From the NCBI GenBank assembly GCA_000166095.1, contig CP002278.1, positions 90,001 through 122,000 of the forward strand: a stretch of DNA of 32,000 nt. The letters run 5' to 3'. This DNA comes from Methanothermus fervidus DSM 2088 (GTDB lineage Archaea > Methanobacteriota > Methanobacteria > DSM-2088 > Methanothermaceae). A model generated the notes under the pieces. The model saw nothing but the letters and a program-made list of their open reading frames with translations. It made no database searches and was not told where the DNA came from. Positions within the stretch are counted from its first letter, which is position 1. Every line of letters begins with the position of its first letter. The translations under genes were made by a program, and so were the position numbers. Below are positions 1-8,596 of this stretch, in pieces.

Positions 1-509
1 ACCCCATCTTCAACTATTAACGATGTTATCATTATTTCATCCATTGTTTGAATTTCACGTCTTATTATTTCTTCTTTTAATGCAGTTATTATTTCTAATC
101 CGGTTCTATCTCCATGATAACATGTTCTTCTATAGCTTTGTCCTCCAAATGGTCTTTGGTCAATTTCACCTGATTCTTTACGGTCAAATATTGCACCATA
201 ATTTTCAAGATCTATCAAACGTTTTGGAGCTTCTTTTACAAGTATTTCAACAAGCTTAGAATCATTTAAAAAACTTCCTCCTTTTATTGTATCTATATAA
301 TGAGCTTCAAAACTATCATCTGGATCTACAGTGCCTAATACTGCGTTGTAACCACCTTCAGCCATTCCTGTACATCCTGATTTAAATGATAATCCTTTAG
401 ATACTATTAATGGTTCTAAACCATTTTCTGATACTTCTATGGCTGCTCTGCACCCTGCTCCTCCGGAACCTATAATTAAGACGTCGCATTCAATTATTTC
501 GCTTTCCAT
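1..509 (-). CDS. Fumarate reductase/succinate dehydrogenase flavoprotein subunit (thiol:fumarate reductase TfrA-like), N-terminal part; continues beyond the left edge
   Basis: Absent from the ORF track because no stop lies inside the window. My minus-strand translation from ATG at 509 reads MESEIIECDVLIIGSGGAGCRAAIEVSENGLEPLIVSKGLSFKSGCTGMAEGGYNAVLG..HYIDTIKGGSFLND..RPFGGQSYRRTCYHGDRTG. It shows the FAD Rossmann motif DVLIIGSGGAG and SdhA/FrdA-type blocks. Confidence 0.8.
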   Translation of the reverse strand, partial: MESEIIECDVLIIGSGGAGCRAAIEVSENGLEPLIVSKGLSFKSGCTGMAEGGYNAVLGTVDPDDSFEAHYIDTIKGGSFLNDSKLVEILVKEAPKRLIDLENYGAIFDRKESGEIDQRPFGGQSYRRTCYHGDRTGLEIITALKEEIIRREIQTMDEIMITSLIVEDG

Positions 510-592
510 AATTTAAAATTTTAAAAAAAGAACATATAAACATTGTTAATTACTCATCATTAAAAAATTTTATTATATTATTACAAATTGAA

Positions 593-645
593 TCAGAGTA
601 GAACGCCTTCATCATTCTAAAACCATCAGACACATTTGTCATCAT
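593..645 (-). ncRNA. Box C/D sRNA candidate 1 (2'-O-methylation guide RNA)
   Basis: Minus strand reads 5'-AUGAUGA(645-639) caaaugugu CUGA(629-626) ugguuuuaga AUGAUGA(615-609) aggcguucuacu CUGA(596-593)-3'. C/C' boxes (RUGAUGA) and D'/D boxes (CUGA) are exact, the D guide is 12 nt and the total is 53 nt. The C-to-D' spacer is only 9 nt, which is atypical. Confidence 0.55.
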
Positions 646-666
646 TTTTCTCATAGAATAAATTAA

Positions 667-717
667 TCAGATTTCACCTCCTTCATCATAACAAAATTCA
701 GAGAAAGGATTCATCAT
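667..717 (-). ncRNA. Box C/D sRNA candidate 2
   Basis: Minus strand reads 5'-AUGAUGA(717-711) auccuuucu CUGA(701-698) auuuuguu AUGAUGA(689-683) aggaggugaaau CUGA(670-667)-3', 51 nt. It has the same architecture as candidate 1, which lies 21 nt downstream. Confidence 0.55.
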
Positions 718-797
718 TCTACATTATTTATTTTACTAAAAAACAATTATTTATAACTTAGCTAAATGTAATCATTCAAAAAATTTTGGTGATAAAA

Positions 798-1454
798 TTG
801 AAAATAAAAAATAAACTCATATTTGCAGCTGATTTGGATAATTTAGATGAAGTAAATAACATTTTAAATCAAATATCAAATTTAATTAACACTGTAAAAA
901 TTGGATATCCATTAGTTTTATCAGAAGGTATAGAATGTATATCCAAATTTAAAAATTTAGGTTATAATGTAATTGCAGATTTCAAGGTGGCAGATATCCC
1001 AGCAACAAATAAAAAAATATGTAAAATAACTTTTGAAAAAGGTGCGGATGCTATAATTGTCCATGGTTTTGTTGGTAAAGATAGTGTGAAGGCGTGTAAA
1101 GACATTGCAAAAAAAATGAATAAAGAATTATTTTTAGTTGTTGACATGTCACATCCAGGATCAAGACAGTTTTTAGAAAAAAACTCTAAAGAAATAGCTA
1201 AAATAGGATTAGAATTAGGAATAAAAAATTATGTTTTACCATCTACAAAACCAAAAATTGGATTAGAAATACGTAAAATTCTTGGAGATGAAGCATTTGT
1301 AATATCTCCTGGGATAGGAGTACAGGGAGGTGAAATAAAAAAAACATTAAAATTTGCTGATGCAATTATAGTGGGTAGGAGTATCTACCAATCAAAAGAT
1401 CCAATGACAACCACAAAAAAATTAATTAATCATATAAATTTAGCTATTTCATAA
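798..1454 (+). CDS. pyrF: Orotidine 5'-phosphate decarboxylase
   Basis: ORF 786..1454. Motifs LIFAADLD, DFKVADIPATN, DMSHPG and PGIGVQGG..IVGRSI are typical OMP decarboxylase blocks. The start is probably TTG at 798 (GGTGAT at 788-793, then 4 nt, then TTG) rather than the track's TTG at 786. Confidence 0.88.
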   Translation: MKIKNKLIFAADLDNLDEVNNILNQISNLINTVKIGYPLVLSEGIECISKFKNLGYNVIADFKVADIPATNKKICKITFEKGADAIIVHGFVGKDSVKACKDIAKKMNKELFLVVDMSHPGSRQFLEKNSKEIAKIGLELGIKNYVLPSTKPKIGLEIRKILGDEAFVISPGIGVQGGEIKKTLKFADAIIVGRSIYQSKDPMTTTKKLINHINLAIS

Positions 1455-1933
1455 GATATTTCAAATAATAAAAAGTAAAAAAATGTTTCAAGCTGGAAAA
1501 CATTGATGAAAGCCAGGATCCCTACAACTATTTTTAATACACATCTATATTCAAATAATTTTTTAATGAGAATGTTTTTAAAATACACTGAATTTTCATG
1601 CCATATTTCATCCATATATGCTGCTAATGCACAAATTAACATGAAAATGCTTAATGAAGGCATGCCAAGTATAAATACAACTAATAAAAATATTATGGCT
1701 GTGAAAAAATGTGGAGGTGAATCTACTTTACCTGCGAGAAGTGTACCCAGAAATATGCCAAAAAAAATTTGAGCTGCATCACTGCTCACAGTGACCAAAA
1801 TTCCTAATAATATTCCACAGATTATTCCAGCAATTATACTCACATCATAATTCCTATGCATGTCCCAAGCATCATCAGAAATTTTCATTAAAAAACCACT
1901 TATAGGGTAAATCAATGCTTCTATCAACATCAA
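1430..1933 (-). CDS. Hypothetical integral membrane protein (about 5 hydrophobic segments)
   Basis: 167-aa ORF with long hydrophobic stretches (IIAGIICGILLGILVTV, FFTAIIFLLVVFILGMPSLSIFMLICALAAY). I recognise no family. Its 3' end overlaps the pyrF 3' end by 25 nt. Confidence 0.55.
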   Translation of the reverse strand: MMLIEALIYPISGFLMKISDDAWDMHRNYDVSIIAGIICGILLGILVTVSSDAAQIFFGIFLGTLLAGKVDSPPHFFTAIIFLLVVFILGMPSLSIFMLICALAAYMDEIWHENSVYFKNILIKKLFEYRCVLKIVVGILAFINVFQLETFFYFLLFEISYEIAKFI

Positions 1934-1935
1934 TG

Positions 1936-2850
1936 TTAACCCTCGTCAATTGCTGCAGCAACCAATAGAGGAAATATTATCGTTACATCTCCAACTACTG
2001 TAACCAAATCTGCATTTGCCCTTGCTTTACCCCAGGATATTGCTTCTTCTAATGGTGCACCGCTAAGACTACCTCCTTCACCTCTATCAGTTGTTATTTG
2101 TATTCCTGCATCTATACCGCCTCTTAATATTGTTGAAGCTATTGTATAATGTTTTGGAAGTCCTCCACCAAGTATTATTGCTCCTATTTTTTTAGAACTG
2201 AATACAACATCTGAAAGGTGATGCATATCAGCCACAGCATCTAGATGTAACTCATTTTCTTGTGTGAACATCCACAGTTGAAGTCCAATCATGCTGTCAA
2301 TTATACCTGGAGAATAAATTGGAACATTTTTTTCTGTGGCATTTTTTATTATTGAATTTTTATCATCCAGATATTTCCCTATCTCATACAACAATTCTCT
2401 AATTGATATTATTTTTTTCTTTTTTGCTATTTTTTTGAATATAATGTTTATTTTTTCTTCAAAAATTTCAAAATCATCTGATTTTGTATATATATCACCT
2501 ATTCTCCCTATGCTTTTTTTTCTTAATTTTTTATCATCAAAACCTTTACCACGATAGTGTGCACCGCCAAATGCCTCAAGAAGATCGTGAGTCAGGTTTG
2601 CACCACTACTTATAATTACATCTATTTTTCCTTGTTTTACAAGATCAGCTATTATTTGTCTCATGCCTCCAGGAACAAGTGGACCAGCTAAACTTAAAAA
2701 TACATTCATGTCTTTATCATTAAACATCTTACGCAAAATTTTTGCGGCTTTATAAACCTTTCCGGCACCCAGAACACGAGACTTACCCATTTCATTAATT
2801 AAATCAGAAACTTTCATTTTAGGAAAAATTTTCATATGTGTAATTCGCAA
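1936..2850 (-). CDS. dys: Deoxyhypusine synthase
   Basis: 304 aa. The blocks SLAGPLVPGGMR, VIISSGANLTHDL, ILGGGLPKHY and WGKA match the DHS family. TTG start at 2850 lies 6-7 nt after GGAGG. Confidence 0.9.
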   Translation of the reverse strand: MRITHMKIFPKMKVSDLINEMGKSRVLGAGKVYKAAKILRKMFNDKDMNVFLSLAGPLVPGGMRQIIADLVKQGKIDVIISSGANLTHDLLEAFGGAHYRGKGFDDKKLRKKSIGRIGDIYTKSDDFEIFEEKINIIFKKIAKKKKIISIRELLYEIGKYLDDKNSIIKNATEKNVPIYSPGIIDSMIGLQLWMFTQENELHLDAVADMHHLSDVVFSSKKIGAIILGGGLPKHYTIASTILRGGIDAGIQITTDRGEGGSLSGAPLEEAISWGKARANADLVTVVGDVTIIFPLLVAAAIDEG

Positions 2851-2863
2851 GTACTTGCCTCCA

Positions 2864-3745
2864 TTATGACTTAAGACCGGCTATCAATGTTAATATATCA
2901 GTTCGGGTTACAATGCCAACAGGTTTTCCATTATCTACAATAATGAGTCTTCCAATATTATTTTCAGTCATTATATTTATTGCATCATAGATGTTCGTAT
3001 CTTTTTCAACTGTTATAACTCTTTTAGACATTATTTCTGAGATTTTACATTTTTCTTTTTTCTTTGCCACCGAATTAACAATGTCTGTCAATGTTACTAT
3101 ACCTACTACCTTGCCTTTTGATACAACTGGAGCACCATCTATTTTATTCTCTGATAAAATTTTTGCAGCAGTTCTTACATCCATTTCTGGTTTTAATGTT
3201 ATTAATTTTTGTGATCCTACCTCAATAACTTTTTTCTTTGGAATACTTCTGATACTCTCAGTGTCTAATAATATTACATTGTCTAAGTCATCTCTGCCTA
3301 CAACAATTCCATCTATTGTTAATTTATTTACAGGTGTTGGTCCTACTCTAATTTTATCTCCAAGTTCTAATTTTTTTATATCTCCCATTACTTTTATAAC
3401 AGCTTCACATTCGCCAGGATGTGGTATACTTGTAAATTCAATTTTTAACACTGATAAGTTCTCAACTTCTCTACCATTTTTGTAAATTGGTACTTTTACA
3501 CCCTTCTCAATTACAGGAATATTTAATTCATAATAAGCTTTTATAGTTGGTTTATAACCACCCCTAGGTCCAGGAACTCCTTTAACCAATCCTAAACTAC
3601 GTAAAGCTTGCATTTGATTCCTTATTGTTCCAGGATTACGATTTAATTTTGATGCTATTTCCTCACCCTTAATGGATCTACCTTTTGAATCATGATATAA
3701 TTGTACTAATGTTTGAAGAATTTCTTTTTGTATAGATGTGAGCAT
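2864..3745 (-). CDS. Putative transcriptional regulator: N-terminal winged-helix domain plus C-terminal CBS-domain pair
   Basis: 293 aa. The N-terminus EILQTLVQLY..GTIRNQMQALRSLGLVKGVPGPRGGYKPT is an HrcA-like wHTH. The C-terminus holds two CBS repeats (GAPVV..GIVTLTDI and GRLIIVDNGKPVGIVTRTDIL). Confidence 0.8.
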   Translation of the reverse strand: MLTSIQKEILQTLVQLYHDSKGRSIKGEEIASKLNRNPGTIRNQMQALRSLGLVKGVPGPRGGYKPTIKAYYELNIPVIEKGVKVPIYKNGREVENLSVLKIEFTSIPHPGECEAVIKVMGDIKKLELGDKIRVGPTPVNKLTIDGIVVGRDDLDNVILLDTESIRSIPKKKVIEVGSQKLITLKPEMDVRTAAKILSENKIDGAPVVSKGKVVGIVTLTDIVNSVAKKKEKCKISEIMSKRVITVEKDTNIYDAINIMTENNIGRLIIVDNGKPVGIVTRTDILTLIAGLKS

Positions 3746-3951
3746 TTCAAAATCCTCCTAAAAAAACTCAAAAAGTTTTCAATTAAAATTATATATCCTT
3801 TAAAAATATATGTTATGTTCAACATAAATTTCCAAGTTATAATAATTTTATTGTTAATTTATTATAAATCAAAAAACAAAAAAGCAATAAGTATCAATAA
3901 ATTTTTATCTTTTTGAATAGAAATTAAAATTTAAACAGAGTTGGTGATGTC

Positions 3952-4245
3952 ATGTCAAATTTAAAGGATAGAGTCAGAGAGGCATTAACAAAAGTTGCAG
4001 ACCCTCACATGGGGATTAATATAGTAGATATGGGGCTTATAGAGAATATAGAAATAATAAAAGACAATAAAACTATTGCAAAGGTCACAATAAAACCTAC
4101 GAATCCTGCATGCATGAGCGCTGCAAAAATGGCAATGGATGCAAAACAAATGGTTGAAAATGTTGAAGGTGTCGATAAAGCAGAAATAATAGTCACTGGC
4201 CATTTAATGAGCGATGTCATCAACGAAATGGTCAATAAAGAATAA
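3952..4245 (+). CDS. DUF59/MIP18-family protein (Fe-S cluster assembly-associated, SufT/PaaD-like)
   Basis: 97 aa. V.DPHMGINIVDMGLI...IKPTNPACMSA matches the DUF59 signature. RBS is GGTGAT followed by gtc and ATG. Confidence 0.75.
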   Translation: MSNLKDRVREALTKVADPHMGINIVDMGLIENIEIIKDNKTIAKVTIKPTNPACMSAAKMAMDAKQMVENVEGVDKAEIIVTGHLMSDVINEMVNKE

Positions 4246-4807
4246 TTTTTATGTGGCTGTTGTTGGAGTACCTGGAGTTGGCAAAACTACTATCTGTAAG
4301 AAAGTTTCAAAAAAAATAAATCTACCATATATAAATTATGGAGATCTAATGTTAGAAATCGCAAAAAGAAAAAAATTAGCAGGGGACGATAAAGAACTTT
4401 TTAGTTTGGACATTGATACACAACGTAAAATATGGGAAGAAGCTGCTATTAGAATTAGGAAAATAGATGCAGCGATGATTGACCTACATGGAGTTGACCA
4501 ATCGCCAATAGGTTATATAATTTCATTACCAATCAATTATATTGTTCCAAAATTAATAATATTGGTTGAATCAGAACCTGGCCAAATATTGTTACAGAGG
4601 AAAACAGACACAAAAATGAGGATAAAAGATACATTAAAGACTTTAAAGGAACATATAAATATATTAAGAATTTCAATGATCATATGTTCTTCAATGCTTG
4701 GAAGTAAGTTATATATATTAAAAAATATTAAACTTGAGGAGTCTGTTAAGGAAATGGCATGGGTTATAGAAAAAGAAAAAGATATATATGAGAAATGTAA
4801 GATGTGA
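4214..4807 (+). CDS. adkA: Archaeal-type adenylate kinase
   Basis: P-loop VVGVPGVGKTT, then IDLHG...PIGY and a LVESEP..ILLQRKTD..R block as in archaeal AdkA. The ATG at 4214 overlaps the previous gene by 32 nt. It is needed to keep beta-strand 1 (FYVAVVG) intact. The gene ends with three in-frame stops, TGATAATGA. Confidence 0.78.
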   Translation: MSSTKWSIKNNFYVAVVGVPGVGKTTICKKVSKKINLPYINYGDLMLEIAKRKKLAGDDKELFSLDIDTQRKIWEEAAIRIRKIDAAMIDLHGVDQSPIGYIISLPINYIVPKLIILVESEPGQILLQRKTDTKMRIKDTLKTLKEHINILRISMIICSSMLGSKLYILKNIKLEESVKEMAWVIEKEKDIYEKCKM

Positions 4808-4813
4808 TAATGA

Positions 4814-4888
<75 letters not shown>

Positions 4889-4896
4889 CTAACATT

Positions 4897-5943
4897 TTAA
4901 ATTTCGTTGGTAAATTTTACAAATTCTTTTAATTTTTTCAATGCTTTGCCTTCTTTAACTATTTCTCTTGCAATTTCTGTACCCTCTTCAAAATCTTTTA
5001 CAGTCCCTGCTAAATAAAGTAAAGCACTTGTATTTATTAACGTAACTTCTAATCTTGCTTTTTCTTTTTCAGTGTCATCTTTTCCTTTTAATACATCATA
5101 AAATATTTTTAAACTTTTATCAATACTATTTGGAGCTTCTATTAATTTTATTTCTCTTCTTTCTACACCAAAATCTTCAGGATATAATTCTTTAATTTTA
5201 ATTTTTCCATCATCTAAAATTGCCGCAAGTGTCAAGCCTGCATTAGAAATTTCATCTATAGCCGGATTTCCGTTTTCATCAAAACCATGTATAACCATTG
5301 ATCTTTCTGAGCCTAATTTTTTCAATGCATTAGCAATTTTTTCTACATATTTTGGATCAAAAACTCCTAAAAGTTGAATAGGGGCTCTTGCAGGAGATGT
5401 AAGTGGGCCTAAAATATTAAATACGGTTCTTATCCCTAGTTTTTGTCTTATTGGCATTACATTTTTCATTGCAGGATGGTATTCTTGAGCAAAAATAAAT
5501 CCTATCCCTATTTTTTCGATACATTTAGACACTTTTTCAGGTGGTAGGTTTAGTTTTACTCCAGCAGCTTCTAATATATCAGCACTGCCACATTTACTTG
5601 TGACACTTCTATTACCATGTTTTGCAATTGGAACACCGGCTGCAGAGGCTACTATAGCAGCTGCAGTACTTATATTAAATGTTTTGAATCTATCTCCACC
5701 TGTTCCACAACTATCAACGACTTTTAAATTATTAGGTATTTTTATAGGTATGGATTGTTCTCTCATGGCTTTTGCAAATCCTGATATTTCATTTGAAGAT
5801 TCTCCTTTTGTTGCTAAACTAGCTAAAAATGCTGCTATTAAGATATCATCTGATTTTCCAGACAAAATTTGTAGCATGCACTCATATGCCTCACTTTCTG
5901 TTAGAGATTTATTTGAAACTATTTTCTTAAGGTACTTTCTCAT
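4897..5943 (-). CDS. trpD: Anthranilate phosphoribosyltransferase
   Basis: CGTGGD, KHGNRSVTSKCGSAD and NILGPLTSPA motifs. The likely start is ATG at 5943 (AAGGAG 8 nt upstream); the track starts at GTG 5952. Confidence 0.92.
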   Translation of the reverse strand: MRKYLKKIVSNKSLTESEAYECMLQILSGKSDDILIAAFLASLATKGESSNEISGFAKAMREQSIPIKIPNNLKVVDSCGTGGDRFKTFNISTAAAIVASAAGVPIAKHGNRSVTSKCGSADILEAAGVKLNLPPEKVSKCIEKIGIGFIFAQEYHPAMKNVMPIRQKLGIRTVFNILGPLTSPARAPIQLLGVFDPKYVEKIANALKKLGSERSMVIHGFDENGNPAIDEISNAGLTLAAILDDGKIKIKELYPEDFGVERREIKLIEAPNSIDKSLKIFYDVLKGKDDTEKEKARLEVTLINTSALLYLAGTVKDFEEGTEIAREIVKEGKALKKLKEFVKFTNEI

Positions 5944-6754
5944 GGATGGCACTCCTTGTTGCGTTTTTCATTTCTTTAATCCATCTTGATATTATATTTA
6001 ACAATTCAGGATTTCCTATATTCTTACCTATTAAATCAATTAAAGCACTTCCAACAATTGCTCCATCTGCACCAGCATTAATTACTTCTCTTACATGCCA
6101 AGGTTTTGAAATTCCAAAACCAACTAAGACAGGGAGAGGACTAACTGATTTCACGCGCTTAATTAAATCTATAGTTTCCTTCTTTATTTTTTTCCTAGCT
6201 CCTGTGACTCCCATAACAGATACTAAATAATGAAAGCCAGAAGAATATTTAGAAATCATCTTTAATCTTTTATTACTAGTCGTTTGAGCTATTAGAAATA
6301 TTTGATGTAGTTTATATTTTCTAGCAGCTTTTACAGCATCTGAAGCTTCTTCTGGTGGCAAATCAGCTATTAATATTCCATTTACACCACAATTTTTAGC
6401 TTTTTTATAAAAATTATAAATTCCTTTTTGATAAACTAAATTATAATATAACAATAAACCTATTGGAACTTTAACATGCTTACGAATTTTTGATACAAGC
6501 TTAAATCCTTTTTCTACAGTCATTTTATTCTTTAAAGCTTGTACATTTGCATTCTGTATTGTAGCACCATCTGCTATAGGATCAGAAAATGGAAAACCTA
6601 TCTCTAATGCATCTGCACCGCTTTCAACCAAAGTTCTTGCAATTTTGATTGAAGTTTTTAAATCAGGGTATCCAGCAACTATAAATGGCATCAGTGCGCC
6701 TTCATTTTTTTTCTTTAACCTTTCAAACATCTCAGGATAATCTTCATATCTCAT
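5927..6754 (-). CDS. trpA: Tryptophan synthase alpha chain
   Basis: 275 aa. Motifs [25 protein letters not shown] and GFGIS. The start overlaps the trpB stop by 4 nt. Confidence 0.92.
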   Translation of the reverse strand: MRYEDYPEMFERLKKKNEGALMPFIVAGYPDLKTSIKIARTLVESGADALEIGFPFSDPIADGATIQNANVQALKNKMTVEKGFKLVSKIRKHVKVPIGLLLYYNLVYQKGIYNFYKKAKNCGVNGILIADLPPEEASDAVKAARKYKLHQIFLIAQTTSNKRLKMISKYSSGFHYLVSVMGVTGARKKIKKETIDLIKRVKSVSPLPVLVGFGISKPWHVREVINAGADGAIVGSALIDLIGKNIGNPELLNIISRWIKEMKNATRSAIHEKVP

Positions 6755-7929
6755 TTTTCCACTCCCAAAGCTTTAGCTACGATAAACATGTCTTTATCTC
6801 CTCTTCCAGAAAGGTTTATGACTATTGTTTTGCCCTTGTTCTCTGGCTTCTTTGCATATTTTTCAGCTAAAGCTACTGCATGTGCACTTTCAAGTGCTGG
6901 CATTATTCCTTCATATTTTGATAAAAGTTTAAAACCTCTTAAAGCTTCATCATCATTGACTGATACATATTTCACTCTGCCAATATCCTTTAAATATGCG
7001 TGTTCTGGTCCTACTCCTGGATAATCTAAACCAGGAGCTATGGAATATGTCTCCTTTATCTGTCCGTCTTCATCCTGTAATATATAAGATAGAGAACCAT
7101 GAAGTATTCCTTCTTTACCTGCACAAAGAGTAGCTCCATGTTTTCCTGTATTTAAACCTTTTCCACCAGCTTCAACACCAATAAGTTCAACATCTTCATC
7201 AATGAATGGAGCAAATATTCCAATAGAATTACTACCTCCACCAACACACGCAATAATCACATCAGGTAGTTCTCCCTCTTTTTTAAGTATTTGTTCTTTA
7301 CATTCCTTACCAATAACACTCTGGAAATGCTTAACCATCGTGGGATATGGGTGGGGTCCTACAGAAGACCCAATAAGATAATGTGTATCTTCAACATTCG
7401 CAATCCAATCTCTCATCGCTTCATTTATTGCGTCTTTTAATGTTCTTGATCCAGAATCGACAGGTATAACTCTTGCACCTGTTACTTCCATCCTAAATAC
7501 ATTTAATTTTTGTCTTTCAACGTCTTCAGAACCCATATATATATCCACCGACATTCCAAGGAGAGCACCTACAGTTGCAGTGGCTATTCCATGTTGTCCA
7601 GCACCAGTTTCAGCTATTAATCTGCTTTTACCCATATATTTTGCAAGTAATCCTTGCCCAAGTGTATTATTTATTTTATGTGCACCCGTATGTAGTAAAT
7701 CTTCTCTTTTTAAATAAATTTTACAGCCTAATTTTTTTGAAAGATTTTCCGCATAGTAGAGAGGAGTTGGCCGCCCAGCATATTCTCTTAAATAATAATT
7801 AAGTTCCTTATTGAACTTTTTATTATCTTTATATCGTAAAAATGCTTCTTCTAATTCCTCTAATGCTGGAATCAATAATTCAGGTGCAAATACTCCTCCA
7901 TATTTCCCAAATTTTGTATTGAGAATCAT
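6751..7929 (-). CDS. trpB: Tryptophan synthase beta chain (operon-type TrpB1)
   Basis: Motifs [11 protein letters not shown] (PLP lysine), [10 protein letters not shown] and LSGRGDKD. The likely start is ATG at 7929 (GGTGGT caa ATG, giving [12 protein letters not shown]); the track starts at 7956. Confidence 0.95.
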   Translation of the reverse strand: MILNTKFGKYGGVFAPELLIPALEELEEAFLRYKDNKKFNKELNYYLREYAGRPTPLYYAENLSKKLGCKIYLKREDLLHTGAHKINNTLGQGLLAKYMGKSRLIAETGAGQHGIATATVGALLGMSVDIYMGSEDVERQKLNVFRMEVTGARVIPVDSGSRTLKDAINEAMRDWIANVEDTHYLIGSSVGPHPYPTMVKHFQSVIGKECKEQILKKEGELPDVIIACVGGGSNSIGIFAPFIDEDVELIGVEAGGKGLNTGKHGATLCAGKEGILHGSLSYILQDEDGQIKETYSIAPGLDYPGVGPEHAYLKDIGRVKYVSVNDDEALRGFKLLSKYEGIMPALESAHAVALAEKYAKKPENKGKTIVINLSGRGDKDMFIVAKALGVEK

Positions 7930-7939
7930 TTGACCACCT

Positions 7940-8596
7940 TTAGCATTTTTTCGCACTGTTTATTGCCTCTATTATCTTTTTATGAATTTTAATACCTGGG
8001 GAAGATTCCAAAGAAGAATTGAAATCTACACCATCAAAAAACATTTTAAAAATATTTTGTTTGCTTTTAACCTTTTCTGGCGACATTCCACCAGCTATAT
8101 AAACTTTTAAATTTTTATTGGCATTTTTAGCAATTTTAGATGCTTTTTTTGCTAAATTAAATGGAATTTCAATGCCTGTTCCGCCTGTTTTTCCTTTCAA
8201 TTTATAATCCAGAAGTAAAGCATCACACAATTTTGAAAATTTTATTATTTCATTTTTTAATTTTTTTGAAATGTTATTTGAAATTCCTATAGCTCTTATT
8301 ATCCTCAAATCATATTCTTTTAAATTCTCGATATCTTTCGGTGACAAAGAATGTAACTGTATATTTTTAATACCTGTCTGCTTGTATTTATCAATAACCT
8401 CTTTAACTGTTTTTGGTTCTAAAACTAACACAGCTTTATTTTTATTTTTTAGATGTGAAAGCAAATGTTTGATCTTTTCAATATTTACAAATCTTGGTGA
8501 CCTTTTGACATTTATAAATCCTATATAATCAGCACCATATTTTTCAGCTACTTTAAGGTCTGAGACTCTTGTTATTCCACATATTTTAACTTCCAC
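7940..8596 (-). CDS. trpF: N-(5'-phosphoribosyl)anthranilate isomerase
   Basis: N-terminus [13 protein letters not shown] and a TGGTG block, at the trpF position in the operon. GTG start lies 5 nt after GGAGGA. Confidence 0.85.
   Translation of the reverse strand: MEVKICGITRVSDLKVAEKYGADYIGFINVKRSPRFVNIEKIKHLLSHLKNKNKAVLVLEPKTVKEVIDKYKQTGIKNIQLHSLSPKDIENLKEYDLRIIRAIGISNNISKKLKNEIIKFSKLCDALLLDYKLKGKTGGTGIEIPFNLAKKASKIAKNANKNLKVYIAGGMSPEKVKSKQNIFKMFFDGVDFNSSLESSPGIKIHKKIIEAINSAKKC

Noticed and set aside
23-259. Track ORF 23..259 (+), together with the many other 60-165-aa ORFs lying antisense or out of frame inside larger genes (for example 962..1147, 1503..1772, 2991..3485, 5600..5989, 10337..10636, 16710..17069, 17752..18036, 20254..20601, 27673..28095, 28079..28471, 31026..31334)
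   Set aside because: Each lies wholly within a longer ORF that has clear family motifs. Their translations are low-complexity (F/L/I/S-rich) shadows typical of AT-rich DNA, and none has an RBS. 23..259 lies antisense to the TfrA-like gene.
554-560. A fifth TCATCAT (AUGAUGA on the minus strand) upstream of the tfrA-like start, as a possible further C/D sRNA
   Set aside because: No CUGA lies at 9-13 nt, and there is no second C'/D pair downstream before the tfrA-like ATG. It is an isolated box only.
550-654. 34-codon minus-strand ORF (MRKMMTNVSDGFRMMKAFYSDSICNNIIKFFNDE) downstream of the SD-like AGGAGGTGA
   Set aside because: The ATG is about 19 nt from the SD-like sequence, which is too far. 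The ORF is built from the AUGAUGA boxes of sRNA candidate 1, so its repeated Met-Met is better explained by the exact C/D' /C'/D box architecture.
593-717. Repeated ATGATGA...CTGA units considered as a CRISPR-like or other tandem repeat array
   Set aside because: The units are about 50 nt and share only the 7- and 4-nt boxes. No 25-40-nt direct repeats, leader or cas genes occur anywhere in the window.
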